Shown one piece after another: positions 1 through 10,051 of a stretch of DNA of 64,000 nt. A program made the translations under genes and the position numbers. Each line of letters begins with the position of its first letter. Positions within the stretch are counted from its first letter, which is position 1. Below the pieces are notes generated by a model. That model saw only the letters and a list, made by a program, of their open reading frames with translations. It ran no database searches and was not told the origin of the DNA. The stretch comes from Novakomyces olei (Eukaryota): assembly GCA_016906335.1 (NCBI GenBank), contig JADEYG010000007.1:2232001-2296000 (forward strand), read 5' to 3'.

Positions 1-323
1 ACTATTAGACGTGGGATTATGTCATTTTTGTCTATTAATCTCACAATTATGGGCAAATAATTTTAATAATATAGACATAATCTCATTTTCAATATTTATT
101 AGCTTATAATATAAATTATTTATTAACTTAAAATATAAATTATTTATTAACTTAAAATATAAATTATTTAATATTATTAATGGTGCAGGAACTGGACACT
201 GGCAAACAAGTCATACTATGGGCGACGATTTTTGCTTTTTAACATTAGTTTATGAATTAATTAATTAATTAATTTAAAATGAATAAAATGTATTAAAAAA
301 GAGTACGCAACACAGGCGCAGGC

Positions 324-407
324 GTAAACCTACGATTGTTGTGAATTGCTGTGCAAACCTACAATCGTTGTGCAAACTTACGATTGTTGTGCAAACCTAC
401 GATTATT
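324..407. repeat. 19-bp minisatellite (GCAAACCTACGATTGTTGT-like, about 4 imperfect copies)
   Basis: Units gtaaacctacgattgttgt / gcaaacctacaatcgttgt / gcaaacttacgattgttgt / gcaaacctacgattatt are directly visible. Confidence 0.85.
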
Positions 408-631
408 ATAGTACCAATTCTCGTTTTCAAACCATGCCACTATGCTAACACAGTACTGTTCAAAGGTGTAGGTCCAGTAACTACTCTGAATCATGGTAGA
501 TTGCACGCTGTACCGCCCACACCGTACTGTATCTAGCGCAACCCCAACCAATTAATGCATATCCGCCAGCAAAGCACCCCAAGTCTCTCCCCAATGCCCC
601 ATATTTACAGCCTCACCGAGCCCCGTTCCGT

Positions 632-1161
632 TCATGAGTCACCTGAATTTGTGTACCGCTGCACTGCTATCTGCTGTGCCGCGTCGGTAGCGATAGCACT
701 AGCTATCGCTACCTGCGCAGCATTGTCACGCGTGCCTATACATGTGCTCCCGATGTACCGTTTGTCCGATGGATTGAGCAGTATCTGATCCGCAGTGATC
801 GTGTCCTTGACCGATCGATCACACACTATTTGGTTTGCTTGGATAACAAGTGTGTCTGGCTGAGAAGGCCGACTGTAGCACGCAGTGACCCGCTCAGGCA
901 AGCCCATTTGCAGCCTCAATGCGATCTCGATTGCGCAGCTCTGAGCGACAGAAAGCCGAGCTATGCTCGTGCCTCGGTTCGCTGCAGCCGCGTGGTTAGG
1001 CAGATTGCTGGTGACGAGAACACCGTCTTCGTCGGTTATAAAGGCCGAGACGTTGTCGCTGGGACATATTAGCGACTTGGTCTCAATTCCAAATCTTCTG
1101 CTTACGCGTCGACAACGGACGAGAGAGACGGCTGCCGCAGATCGGCGGCAGTATCCGTCAT
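632..1161 (-). CDS. Roadblock/LAMTOR3 (MP1)-like protein, ~160 aa, 2 exons (1161-1106, 1058-632)
   Basis: ATG at 1161; a 47-nt intron GTAAG...GCTAAT...CAG (1105-1059) joins it in frame to the 632-919 ORF. Product MTDTAADLRQPSLSSVVDADNVSAFITDEDGVLVTSN...AIEIALRLQMGLPERVTACY...LVIQAN resembles LAMTOR3 (IVVSDRDGVPV...ATDQGSKLGLSKNKSIICYY...VVQFN, recalled). Confidence 0.6.
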
Positions 1162-1469
1162 TGCTGCGGCCGCACTATTACCGTACTCAAGCGTGTTTGA
1201 TGCCTCGCCGCTCGTGGAAACGGCACACAGGTTTAATATGAGGTTTAATATGAGATTTATTGAGATTTATTGAGATTTATTGAGATTTAATAAGAGATTT
1301 AATATGCGGATTTTGGTATAGTGGAACCCAAACTTATATTAGGTTTAGGGTTAGCTAGTATAATAGCAATAATATTGATAAAGCAAAAAAATCTAACGTG
1401 TAAAGATACAGTATGTAATAAATAGCTGACGCTGCGAATAAGCCGTTTGCTCATATTTGGGGTCATAGA

Positions 1470-2565
1470 ATGTGGCGGTCGTCAGGGCAACGCCGCATTA
1501 TCGGCTGCTGGCGCAGCCTGCGCAGTGGTCCGAGAACAGTGTTTACAGCAGTGAGCAAAGATAGCGTAGACCAACGGCCGAATCGCGGTCTTGGTTTCAA
1601 AGCGTTTATGTGTAAGTGACGAAAGATGCACGGGTTGATACGGGATTGGCAAGTGGGAATGGTCCGAGGTCTAACGCGTCTAGTCACAATGCCAATTGTT
1701 TCGTTCGCGTTGGGTACTTGGCAAGTACAGCGGCTAAAACAGAAAACGGATTTGATAAATGATTATACTGCCAGACTCGAGATGCCCCCGGTAATATTGC
1801 CTTCACAAGTAGAGTATGTCAAACAGCTTTTTATTCATTTAATTATTTATTTATTCATTTTTACATTTTTTCATTATTCATTCATTCATTCATTTTTTTG
1901 TTTGTTTGTTTTGGCGAGCAGTTTGCTAAATGATGTGAAGTCCGGATAATTTAGGGAAATACGATTACCGCAAGATACTAGTCAAGGGTCGTTTTCGTAA
2001 TGACCAAGAAATTGCCGTTGGGCCCAGGCAGCGCGAGGGTGCCAGTGGCTACATGATTATTACCCCGCTAGAACGAGAGAATGGAGAGAAAATTTTGGTA
2101 AATCGTGGCTGGGTACCGCGGCGTCTAAAAGACCAGTCTACTCGACCCGAGTCTGTGGTACGTTGATTTAAATACATAAATGAATGGCACACTAAATAAA
2201 AGACACACGGTGAAGTAATCATAGAGGGATTGTTGAGAAAGAGATTCTTTCCAACCTGGACTTCGGTTGCCAATCGCCCTGAACAAAACGAGTTTTCTTG
2301 TTTGTACACAGACCAGCTGGCAGACCTCACAGGATCAGCTCCAGTGCTTGTCGAGGCTACCCTTAACGATAGTACTCACGTTAGTTCTCTCCTCAAAAGG
2401 GGGATTCCTGTTCCGCGGGAGGCAGCGCTAAATGTACGGAATAATCATGCACAGTATATATTTACGTGGTACGGGCTTTCGGCAGCCACGTCTTTTATGC
2501 TCTACTTACTGCTACGGAAACCAAGATCTATTATCAAGGACCGTGTTCGCAAGGCCCCAATTTGA
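1470..2565 (+). CDS. SHY1: SURF1/Shy1 cytochrome c oxidase assembly protein (4 exons)
   Basis: Arg-rich mitochondrial-type N-terminus from ATG 1470; intron 1612-1683 (GTAAGT/CTAAC/TAG); motifs FALGTWQVQRL, ILVNRGWVP, RNNHAQYIFTWYGLS. Confidence 0.93.
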
Positions 2566-2666
2566 TACTGTACGATAGGCTTGTTGTGCTAGGCGAGTAT
2601 AGCCAGTAGAAGATTGTGTAATGTTATATGGTGGCCCTTCATATCTTTGCTTTGATTTCCATGTGC

Positions 2667-2669
<3 letters not shown>

Positions 2670-2736
<67 letters not shown>
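2670..2736. repeat. poly(T) tract, ~67 nt
   Basis: Uninterrupted T run between SHY1 and HCS1. Confidence 0.95.
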
Positions 2737-2738
<2 letters not shown>

Positions 2739-2983
2739 AACAATTATGATAATTTAATCGATATCTTCATGATTTGTATATTGATGATGATCTGGACATT
2801 TATGTATATTAGTATTTGTGATCGCAGGTGTAATTGTAGGCAAGATTCAATAAGATTGTGAGTACCAGACTCGACTTTTCCACGGTAAAAATCGTGAGAC
2901 TGATCTATCTGTATACGACTGACCTTAAAAGCCGGCTTTGTATTATAGAAATGCAATCGTCCTAGTTGCGACTATTCAAGCAA

Positions 2984-5681
2984 ATGACATCAGCGCCAAT
3001 TGATAAGGTTCAAGCGCTGATCAAGGCAAACCTCGATTTCGTTGCTCGTGAGTACAAGGCCGAAGTAGATACAGTCTCGACGGCTCTGGAACGCTATGCA
3101 CCACGTCTTTTGCAGCGTAAAGGCTTAGCTTTGATTAATTTGTCTGTGCAAGGCACACGAACCGGTCTTGGAGGCAGATGGTACTCTTTCATTACTAATT
3201 CTGTCCTTGTCTCAGTCCTATTGTCGACCCTCCCTCTGCCTTGTATTTGGCACCATCCCAAAACAAACAATTTTTGAAGCTGATGATTGTTGTTTTATTT
3301 GGTTTTTATTTGTTTTTTATTTTTTTTAATTTTTTTTTTTAAACTTGTCATTGGATCATTACAGTCATTTGAATTTAGGTCTCTTTGATTTTCAAGAGAC
3401 TGATCAATTTCATTCCATACTGGACGACTTTCAGCATTATACCGTCGGCTTACTCTCAAGTTTTGTTGAATTAGCAAACGATTCCGCTCTTTCAAGTACG
3501 GACCAATTGGCACCCCATAGCTTTAGTACGGGCGATGTGGTGCTTATATTGGGCAAAGGCGCGACGGAGACAAAACGCAAGGGCAGCGCAAAGCCATCGG
3601 CCTCGGGCATAGAGGCTACAGTGGTGCGGGTCAAAGACACTAGCATAAGTGCTGTATTGTCCCAAGACGATGCTGATCTGGCCTCGTTGGGTTCTGCCGT
3701 ATGGATGTACGTAAGGAAATATTCATCAGGATGAATAGCCAGGTCTTTATAATCAAACTAGTCGAACGCAGCTCATAAAGCAGGCTCAAGGTGGCGAACG
3801 AAATAACTTTTAAACGGTATTCCATTTCAATGCTTATGACAGCCACTGATGATTAAAGAATTAATCTTTTCCTAAATCGTCTTAAAGACAAAACGGAGAG
3901 GGACTACTCGGTCCTAACTCGGATTCTTCTCGGTCTGGAGGCTCCGGTGCCAGTGCAAGAAGATGAATTTGTTTCGGAATTTTCGGCTTCGCCAATCAAC
4001 GAAAGCCAAAAACGCGCGGCCGCTTTCGCTATAGCTAGCCCCCATCTGGCTCTTATTCATGGGCCTCCCGGGGTAAGTGTTCGCATTAAATCTTGAGCTT
4101 TACCTGCTCAATTTTTAATGGTCTAGCTTTGTTTTTAATTGTTTTCGTAATCCCATGGCCATTGGTAGGTCTTCATATAATTTAAATCTTTACAACACTC
4201 TACTGACTCGTTTCTAGACAGGTAAAACAGCGACAATTATCGAGGTAATTCTGGCACTAGTAAGAAGCGGCAAAAAAGTGCTAGTGTGCGGGCCATCAAA
4301 TATATCTGTCGACAATATTGTTGAGCGGCTGAGCCCGCACAGTATCCCCATGGTAAGACTGGGACACCCAGCTCGTCTGCTACCAACAGTGCTACCTTTT
4401 GCCATGGAGGTTATCCAGCGCACTAGTGAGGCTGGGTCGCTAGTGCGGGACATTGATGACGAAATTGATCACACACTGGGCCAAGTACGTAAAACGAATT
4501 CCGGTTTAGAAAGGCGGAAGCTTTATGACAGTATCAAGCAGCTCCGTCGTGAAGCTCAGGTACGTGAGAGAAGATGTACGGACGAGATTATTCGGACTAG
4601 TTGTGTTGTGCTGGCCACTTTGCACGGGTATGTGATATATTGAAATGCGCATCAAAAGGAAATAAATGGTCAACGGAACTTGATTAATTATTAAATAAAA
4701 TAAGGAATAATGATGAAATGAATTCGGAATCGTTTGAATGGTGTTAAATTAACAAACAGAGCTGGCAGTCGTATACTAGACCGCCAAAAATTCGATGTGG
4801 TTATAATTGACGAGGCTTCGCAAGCGCTAGAAGCGCAATGCTGGATTGCGGTACAGAACGCAAACAAACTTATTCTAGCCGGTGATCATTTACAGCTCCC
4901 TCCTACTGTGAAATCGCAAGTGTCAGTTCACCCTAAAGCCTTCCATGTAACCATGTTTGAGAGGCTTTTGCAAAATTATGGTGAGGGTATCAAACGTATG
5001 CTGGAAGTACAGTATAGAATGCATGAGCGGATATGCCGTTTCCCCTCTGTCGCTCTCTACAAGGGCAAATTGGTAGCGGATGATTCTGTCGCCTCACGTT
5101 TACTATGTGAATTGCCAGGCGTCAACCGCACAATGGAAACAGAAGAACCTCTAGTATTTTACGATACTCAGGGCGATGATTTTCGAGAATCATCAACGGA
5201 TGAGAGCAAAGGCGATAAAGGCAGCAGAGATAGCCTTTTAAGCGAAAGTAAACAAAACGAGCCAGAATCACTGATCGTAAAGCAGCACGTATATGCTCTT
5301 ATTAATGCTGGTGTGAAACCAGACGATATTGCTGTGATTACTCCTTATTCGGCACAAGTGGCTTTGCTGAAGAAATTGCTCAACGAGCCTGAATACAAGG
5401 GCCTGGAGATTGGTAGTGTAGATGGCTTTCAGGGCCGCGAAAAAGAAGCTATAATACTGTCGTTGGTTAGGAGCAACGAGGAGCATTCAGCAGGGTTCCT
5501 ATCGGAAGAGCGACGTATGAACGTAGCAATGACACGGGCTCGAAGGCATTTGGCTGTCATTGGTGACTCGGAAACTGTTGGGGCTGCTGGTGCCAAGAAT
5601 ACGAGGTTCTTTCGTGACTGGATTACATACTTGGAGTCAAATTCGGATCTCCGATACCCCGATATTACTGAGCTGGCATGA
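2984..5681 (+). CDS. HCS1: Upf1-like SF1 DNA/RNA helicase Hcs1/IGHMBP2 (about 6 exons)
   Basis: TGLGGR N-terminal motif, [10 protein letters not shown] Walker A split by an intron, VCGPSNISVDN, IIDEASQALE, LAGDHLQLPP, QYRMH, SVDGFQGREKE, RRMNVAMTRARRHL; lacks the Upf1 CH domain. Confidence 0.92.
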
Positions 5682-6080
5682 AGAATAAAAGTTGTATTCA
5701 GAAAGTATTGAATGTTGATACGTCGATCGTGAAAGCGCCTTAAGTCGTGTTGACACTCGTGACTTTACGTGTCGCAATTATTGTAATATTGCCACTATTA
5801 TATTGCCATCAGTATATAAATCAAGCGCAGACGTCAAGCAATGATACAGTTGGATAAATATATACATAGTGGAGCCTTGAAGATTATGATTGCTGATAGC
5901 GGTATCAGCGCTCCAACATAATATACAATATTGTACAATATTAGAAAAATATTATACAGTAATGAGATATTGTATGATATTTTAGATATTATATGGCGCT
6001 TCTTTTCTCTGTTGTATTATATTTTCTAATGCACGATTTATTATCTAATGTAATATTTACTGTAGGCCATACTTTGGATT

Positions 6081-6090
6081 AGGGTAGGGT
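6081..6090 (+). promoter_or_regulatory. Homol-E box (AGGGTAGGGT) in ribosomal protein gene promoter
   Basis: Exact match to the fission-yeast RP-gene Homol-E consensus, ~60 nt upstream of the RPS21 ATG. Confidence 0.75.
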
Positions 6091-6151
6091 TAAACGAAAG
6101 TCTCCTGTATACACACAACAGCACAGATCCATCATTAAACACTACACAACG

Positions 6152-6461
6152 ATGGAGAACGACGCGGGTGTCCTTGTCGACCTTTACGTGCCGCGAAAGT
6201 GCGCTGCCACTAACCGTCTGATCACTGCAAAGGACCACGGAGCCGTGCAGTTCAGCATTGCTGACGTTGACGAGCATGGTGTAGCTGTTTCTGGCCAGAG
6301 CACTACTCTTGCCATCTGCGGCTTTGTGCGCAGCCAGGGCGAGTCTGATGACTCAGTGAACCGTTTAGCCACGGATAATGGACTTCTCAAGGGGTAAATT
6401 TGCGTTACAATGTTTGGACACTATTATCTAACCTGCCAGTGTGTGGTCGTACCAACGATAA
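6152..6461 (+). CDS. RPS21: 40S ribosomal protein eS21 (87 aa; intron 6394-6439)
   Basis: [17 protein letters not shown]...KDH...[17 protein letters not shown]...CTAAC...CAG intron adds the C-terminal GVWSYQR*. Confidence 0.97.
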
Positions 6462-7080
6462 ACGGCGTATTGCCCCTCAAAAAAGTTTGATTACCCGGGA
6501 AACGCTCAATTTGTGCGTCTAGAAAACGTGCAGTTGCGTTGATCAGAGCACAAAGATTATATTCCGATCTGGAGGATACTTTAAATGCATTTGCAAAAAT
6601 CTATTGTTCGTTGCCAAGGGAATATGATGTAAATGTAAGCGTATAATTGTAGGCATTAAAATGATTGTAGCCATTCAAGGCAGACGAGTAATACCGCCTC
6701 TCGACCAGCGCTTGGCATTTTAACTGCAAAGTTTCCTGTGAATTTAAAGCCCTGTCGGATCCTTCTGTTCCGGTCAATGCCACTTGTCACGTGCATTTTG
6801 TAAAGGTTTAGTGCGATGCTATCTTTGTATGGCAAAGGCAGAGTCGTTAATAATTGAAACCCCACATTCACAGCAGTTTGCGTTCTACATAGCTAGTTAA
6901 ACAATCGTCCCCCGCCTGTTGTTTATTGTATGTACATTCACTGTGGTCTACTCGTTCATAACCATGCCCATATATCTGGAACAAAGTTAGTGAACAAGGT
7001 AGTGTGTGATAGGCAAGAACTGCAAAATAAAAGGCAGACGTGAAGATGCCAAACTACGCATCCTGCCAATTTGTATCTAT

Positions 7081-7601
7081 TCAGTACCCAGTAACGCCAT
7101 CGTCTTCAGCTGTAGTGTTTTCTTGAGCATCAGACTGAACGATGGCTTTTAAAACTGCTCGCTTACTTGTCTCCTGTATCTCGCCAGAGATCAGAAGCTC
7201 GTCGAGCACGACGTAAGCTTTTTGAAAATTGAAAATGAGATCCAATTCACACACATTTCCGAAATATTTATCGAGACATTCGACGTAGCGGTGTAGAATT
7301 TCTAGCGTGATAAGTTCATTATCCTCACTCGAGATGCCACAGATGAAAAATAAGGATGCGTAACGCCGATATACAACTTTGTGATCTTTGTACTCTAGAA
7401 AATTACACATTCGCGTCCGTCGCGCCAAAACGAGCTGCGTCACGTCCTTCACAATCTTTGCGCGCTCGCGGCCCGGATTGCTAAAAGTAGTGAACCATTT
7501 TGCCAGGCGGACTTTGCCCTGTCGGCTGACAAGCAGCATATATTGAATCTCGTTTGTTAGCAGGCGTCAACTATACAGTACATTTATGTACTTACTGCCA
7601 T
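7081..7601 (-). CDS. APS1: AP-1 clathrin adaptor sigma subunit (6-nt first coding exon; intron 7595-7549)
   Basis: [56 protein letters not shown]. Confidence 0.95.
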
Positions 7602-8045
7602 CACTAAAGTCTGTAGACGCCTTGATCCTCCAAAAGACGTGTCTTACCGCTCGTTGACCAGCAAGGAGCGATCACATAGTCTTAAATAGGGTTTTCTTTG
7701 TTCGTATAACTGAAAAACAAAGGTTTACATGCTGGATGGAGTATGATACAGATAGATATACATGTCGGCCAGTATAGTTAACAGTATCAGCAGCGCCTGC
7801 AATTTATGTGCCAAGTTTGACTAATCTTCGCTACGGACTGAGCGTTGAAACTTCAAGCCTGCTCCATCAAAGACTTGGCAATTGCTGATATTAATTTGAT
7901 ATCTTAAATGCATTATAATCTTCAATCTGCCGTTATTACTGAAAAGTTCCAGGGATTATCCTAATATTTCAGTAGATGGCAACAAAATACGCCTAATGTT
8001 TTTTGAAGTGGTAGACAAAATATTATATAATACGGATGATTTATT

Positions 8046-8324
8046 TTGTGGATATACCCAGGATTTTTTGTACAAGAAAAATTACAACAGGCAAAACTGG
8101 CGTCCGCAGTCATAGCAACAGTCGGCCTTGTGTGGCAGAGTGTAAGAAGGGAGCGTTTAAAGCGAGAGCAAAGAAAGCACCAGCGATCGCAGAAAGGGAA
8201 GGAGAGCAAGAAGAATCAGGGAAAAGATACCAGCACAGAAAGGCTTGCCAAGAAAAGCTCCAAGAGCGATAAATCAAACAAGGACAAGCATTCCGAAAGT
8301 GAAAGTGATTCGCAAGACGACTGA
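8046..8324 (+). CDS. Possible last exon of a small hypothetical protein (hydrophobic stretch, then Lys/Ser-rich tail); 5' exons unresolved
   Basis: 92-codon ORF without ATG start; splice-like signals upstream (GTATGA 7741, CTAAT...CAG ~7961-7972); no recognised family. Confidence 0.3.
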   Translation: MWIYPGFFVQEKLQQAKLASAVIATVGLVWQSVRRERLKREQRKHQRSQKGKESKKNQGKDTSTERLAKKSSKSDKSNKDKHSESESDSQDD

Positions 8325-8418
8325 TCACAGTCCCACTATCAACAAATTTTCAAGAAAAGGCTCAATTTTCTTGAGTAGTAACCGCGATTAAGATTGGTGT
8401 TGGAATTAACATAAAAGC

Positions 8419-8994
8419 ATGGCAAATCCACGACAGAGGCACAAACAAAAATCTGGCCGCCGGCTGACGCGGCGCACGGCAAACAAATCACGAGTTAAGA
8501 AAATCACAGGTAATATGCTAGTGGCAAAGCATTGGGACAGTAAAGCGACTCTCAAACAAAATTATGCTCGATTGGGTCTAATGGTAACACCAAACAAATC
8601 AGCTGGTGGCGAAGAGAAAAAGTATAAGGACTCTGACCTGGATAATGAGAGCCTTACTATGGGTGAAAAAGTGGCTCATGCAGCTATACAGCGCGATATT
8701 GACGGGAACATAATACAGGTGGTTATGCCTCCAGAGCCCGAGGAGGCCGAGGAGACTGATACTGTAGAGTCGCGGCCGGCGCATGGGATAGTAGCGTCGC
8801 AATTGGAGGAAGAAAGCAAAATGTCAATGCCCGTGAAGCGGTGGCAGAGCGAGGGTGAGATGCGGTGGCTGTCTTCCCTAGCGGCGGCTCATGGGACGGA
8901 TTATAATGCAATGGCTCGAGATCATAAACTTAATCCCATGCAGAATACTGCAGCACAAATTAGGAGGAAAATGGAACGGTGGCATTCGGCCTAA
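8419..8994 (+). CDS. NOP16: Nucleolar protein 16 (60S biogenesis)
   Basis: MANPRQR, WDSKATLKQNYARLGL, QSEGE..W...L...HGTDYNAMARDHKLNPMQNT. Confidence 0.93.
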   Translation: MANPRQRHKQKSGRRLTRRTANKSRVKKITGNMLVAKHWDSKATLKQNYARLGLMVTPNKSAGGEEKKYKDSDLDNESLTMGEKVAHAAIQRDIDGNIIQVVMPPEPEEAEETDTVESRPAHGIVASQLEEESKMSMPVKRWQSEGEMRWLSSLAAAHGTDYNAMARDHKLNPMQNTAAQIRRKMERWHSA

Positions 8995-9833
8995 TGATTT
9001 TGACTGTTTTTTAGTTACTAAACTGGTAGTTTATATGTTGAATTTTGTGTGTTTAGACTCGAGTTATTCTTGGATTTGGTGTAGTATGCTTTAATACAAT
9101 TTTGTTTTGGTTTATGCTCATATAATCGCCAAAGTGGCTGTCGTAGCAATCTTACTGCCTTTCTGTTCGTAAAGCGAGAATATGTCCTTTTCGATTTGAT
9201 ATATTTGATATGGACATTTATGGAGTTATCTAAGGTCTTTGTAGGTTACAGTGGGAATGCGATGTTTTATTGCTACACGAGTAAAGATAGATGTCGCTAA
9301 TAATTAAAATTGTGTTATGCTAGAAGCCAGGAAGTCGCTGTCCGAACTGGCTAAAACCACTGCTCCTGAGGGTTTTTTGCTGCTAATATTGCCCAAGTGA
9401 AATGAACGGAATCACAAATACTGCTATACCTGATCTGGCTTAGCGACTTAAAAAAGCTTGCTCTTGGGAGATGATTATTATTTTGATGCGATGATATTAA
9501 AGGAAAAGCTTCTCTGACGCTTTATTGGCCTGAGTCATCATGTTACAGATGATGCATCAATTGCATCCTTAACGATTCTATTAATAAATATGAACGCTTG
9601 GAAGTGGCTAACAAAAATTGGAATATTTGAACGGCAAATCAGAACCGTCTCGATCAAGCTTACACCAACCCCACATATACAGTGTTCGAACTTTATTGAA
9701 TTAGTATAAAATCTACTGTATAGAAAATTAACCCTACTTGTATCATATCCTAAATATTATTGTGACTGAGCAATATGCAAGGTATTTTTCGTATTAAATG
9801 TATTACATTTTAACATTGAACCGACATTATAAT

Positions 9834-9987
9834 TGTTGAACTTTTGTGTTAAATTTACTAATTCTAGCTACAACCTATATAAATAATTGTATGTGAGTAT
9901 AGGCTTCATAAGCAATAGTGTGTATAAGTTGCATAAATAATAATTAGGTTTGGCCCATATTTAGATGTATTTCAACATATTCCAACA
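9834..9987 (-). repeat. 3' LTR of copia element
   Basis: TGTTGAA...TCCAACA on +, identical to 14335-14488; preceded on the element strand by the short PPT GGGAGGGTG (9996-9988). Confidence 0.97.
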
Positions 9988-10051
9988 CACCCTCCCAGGC
10001 GGCGGGCACGGTAAGCCTGTATGCGCGGATCACGTGGTAAGGTTACTTACT

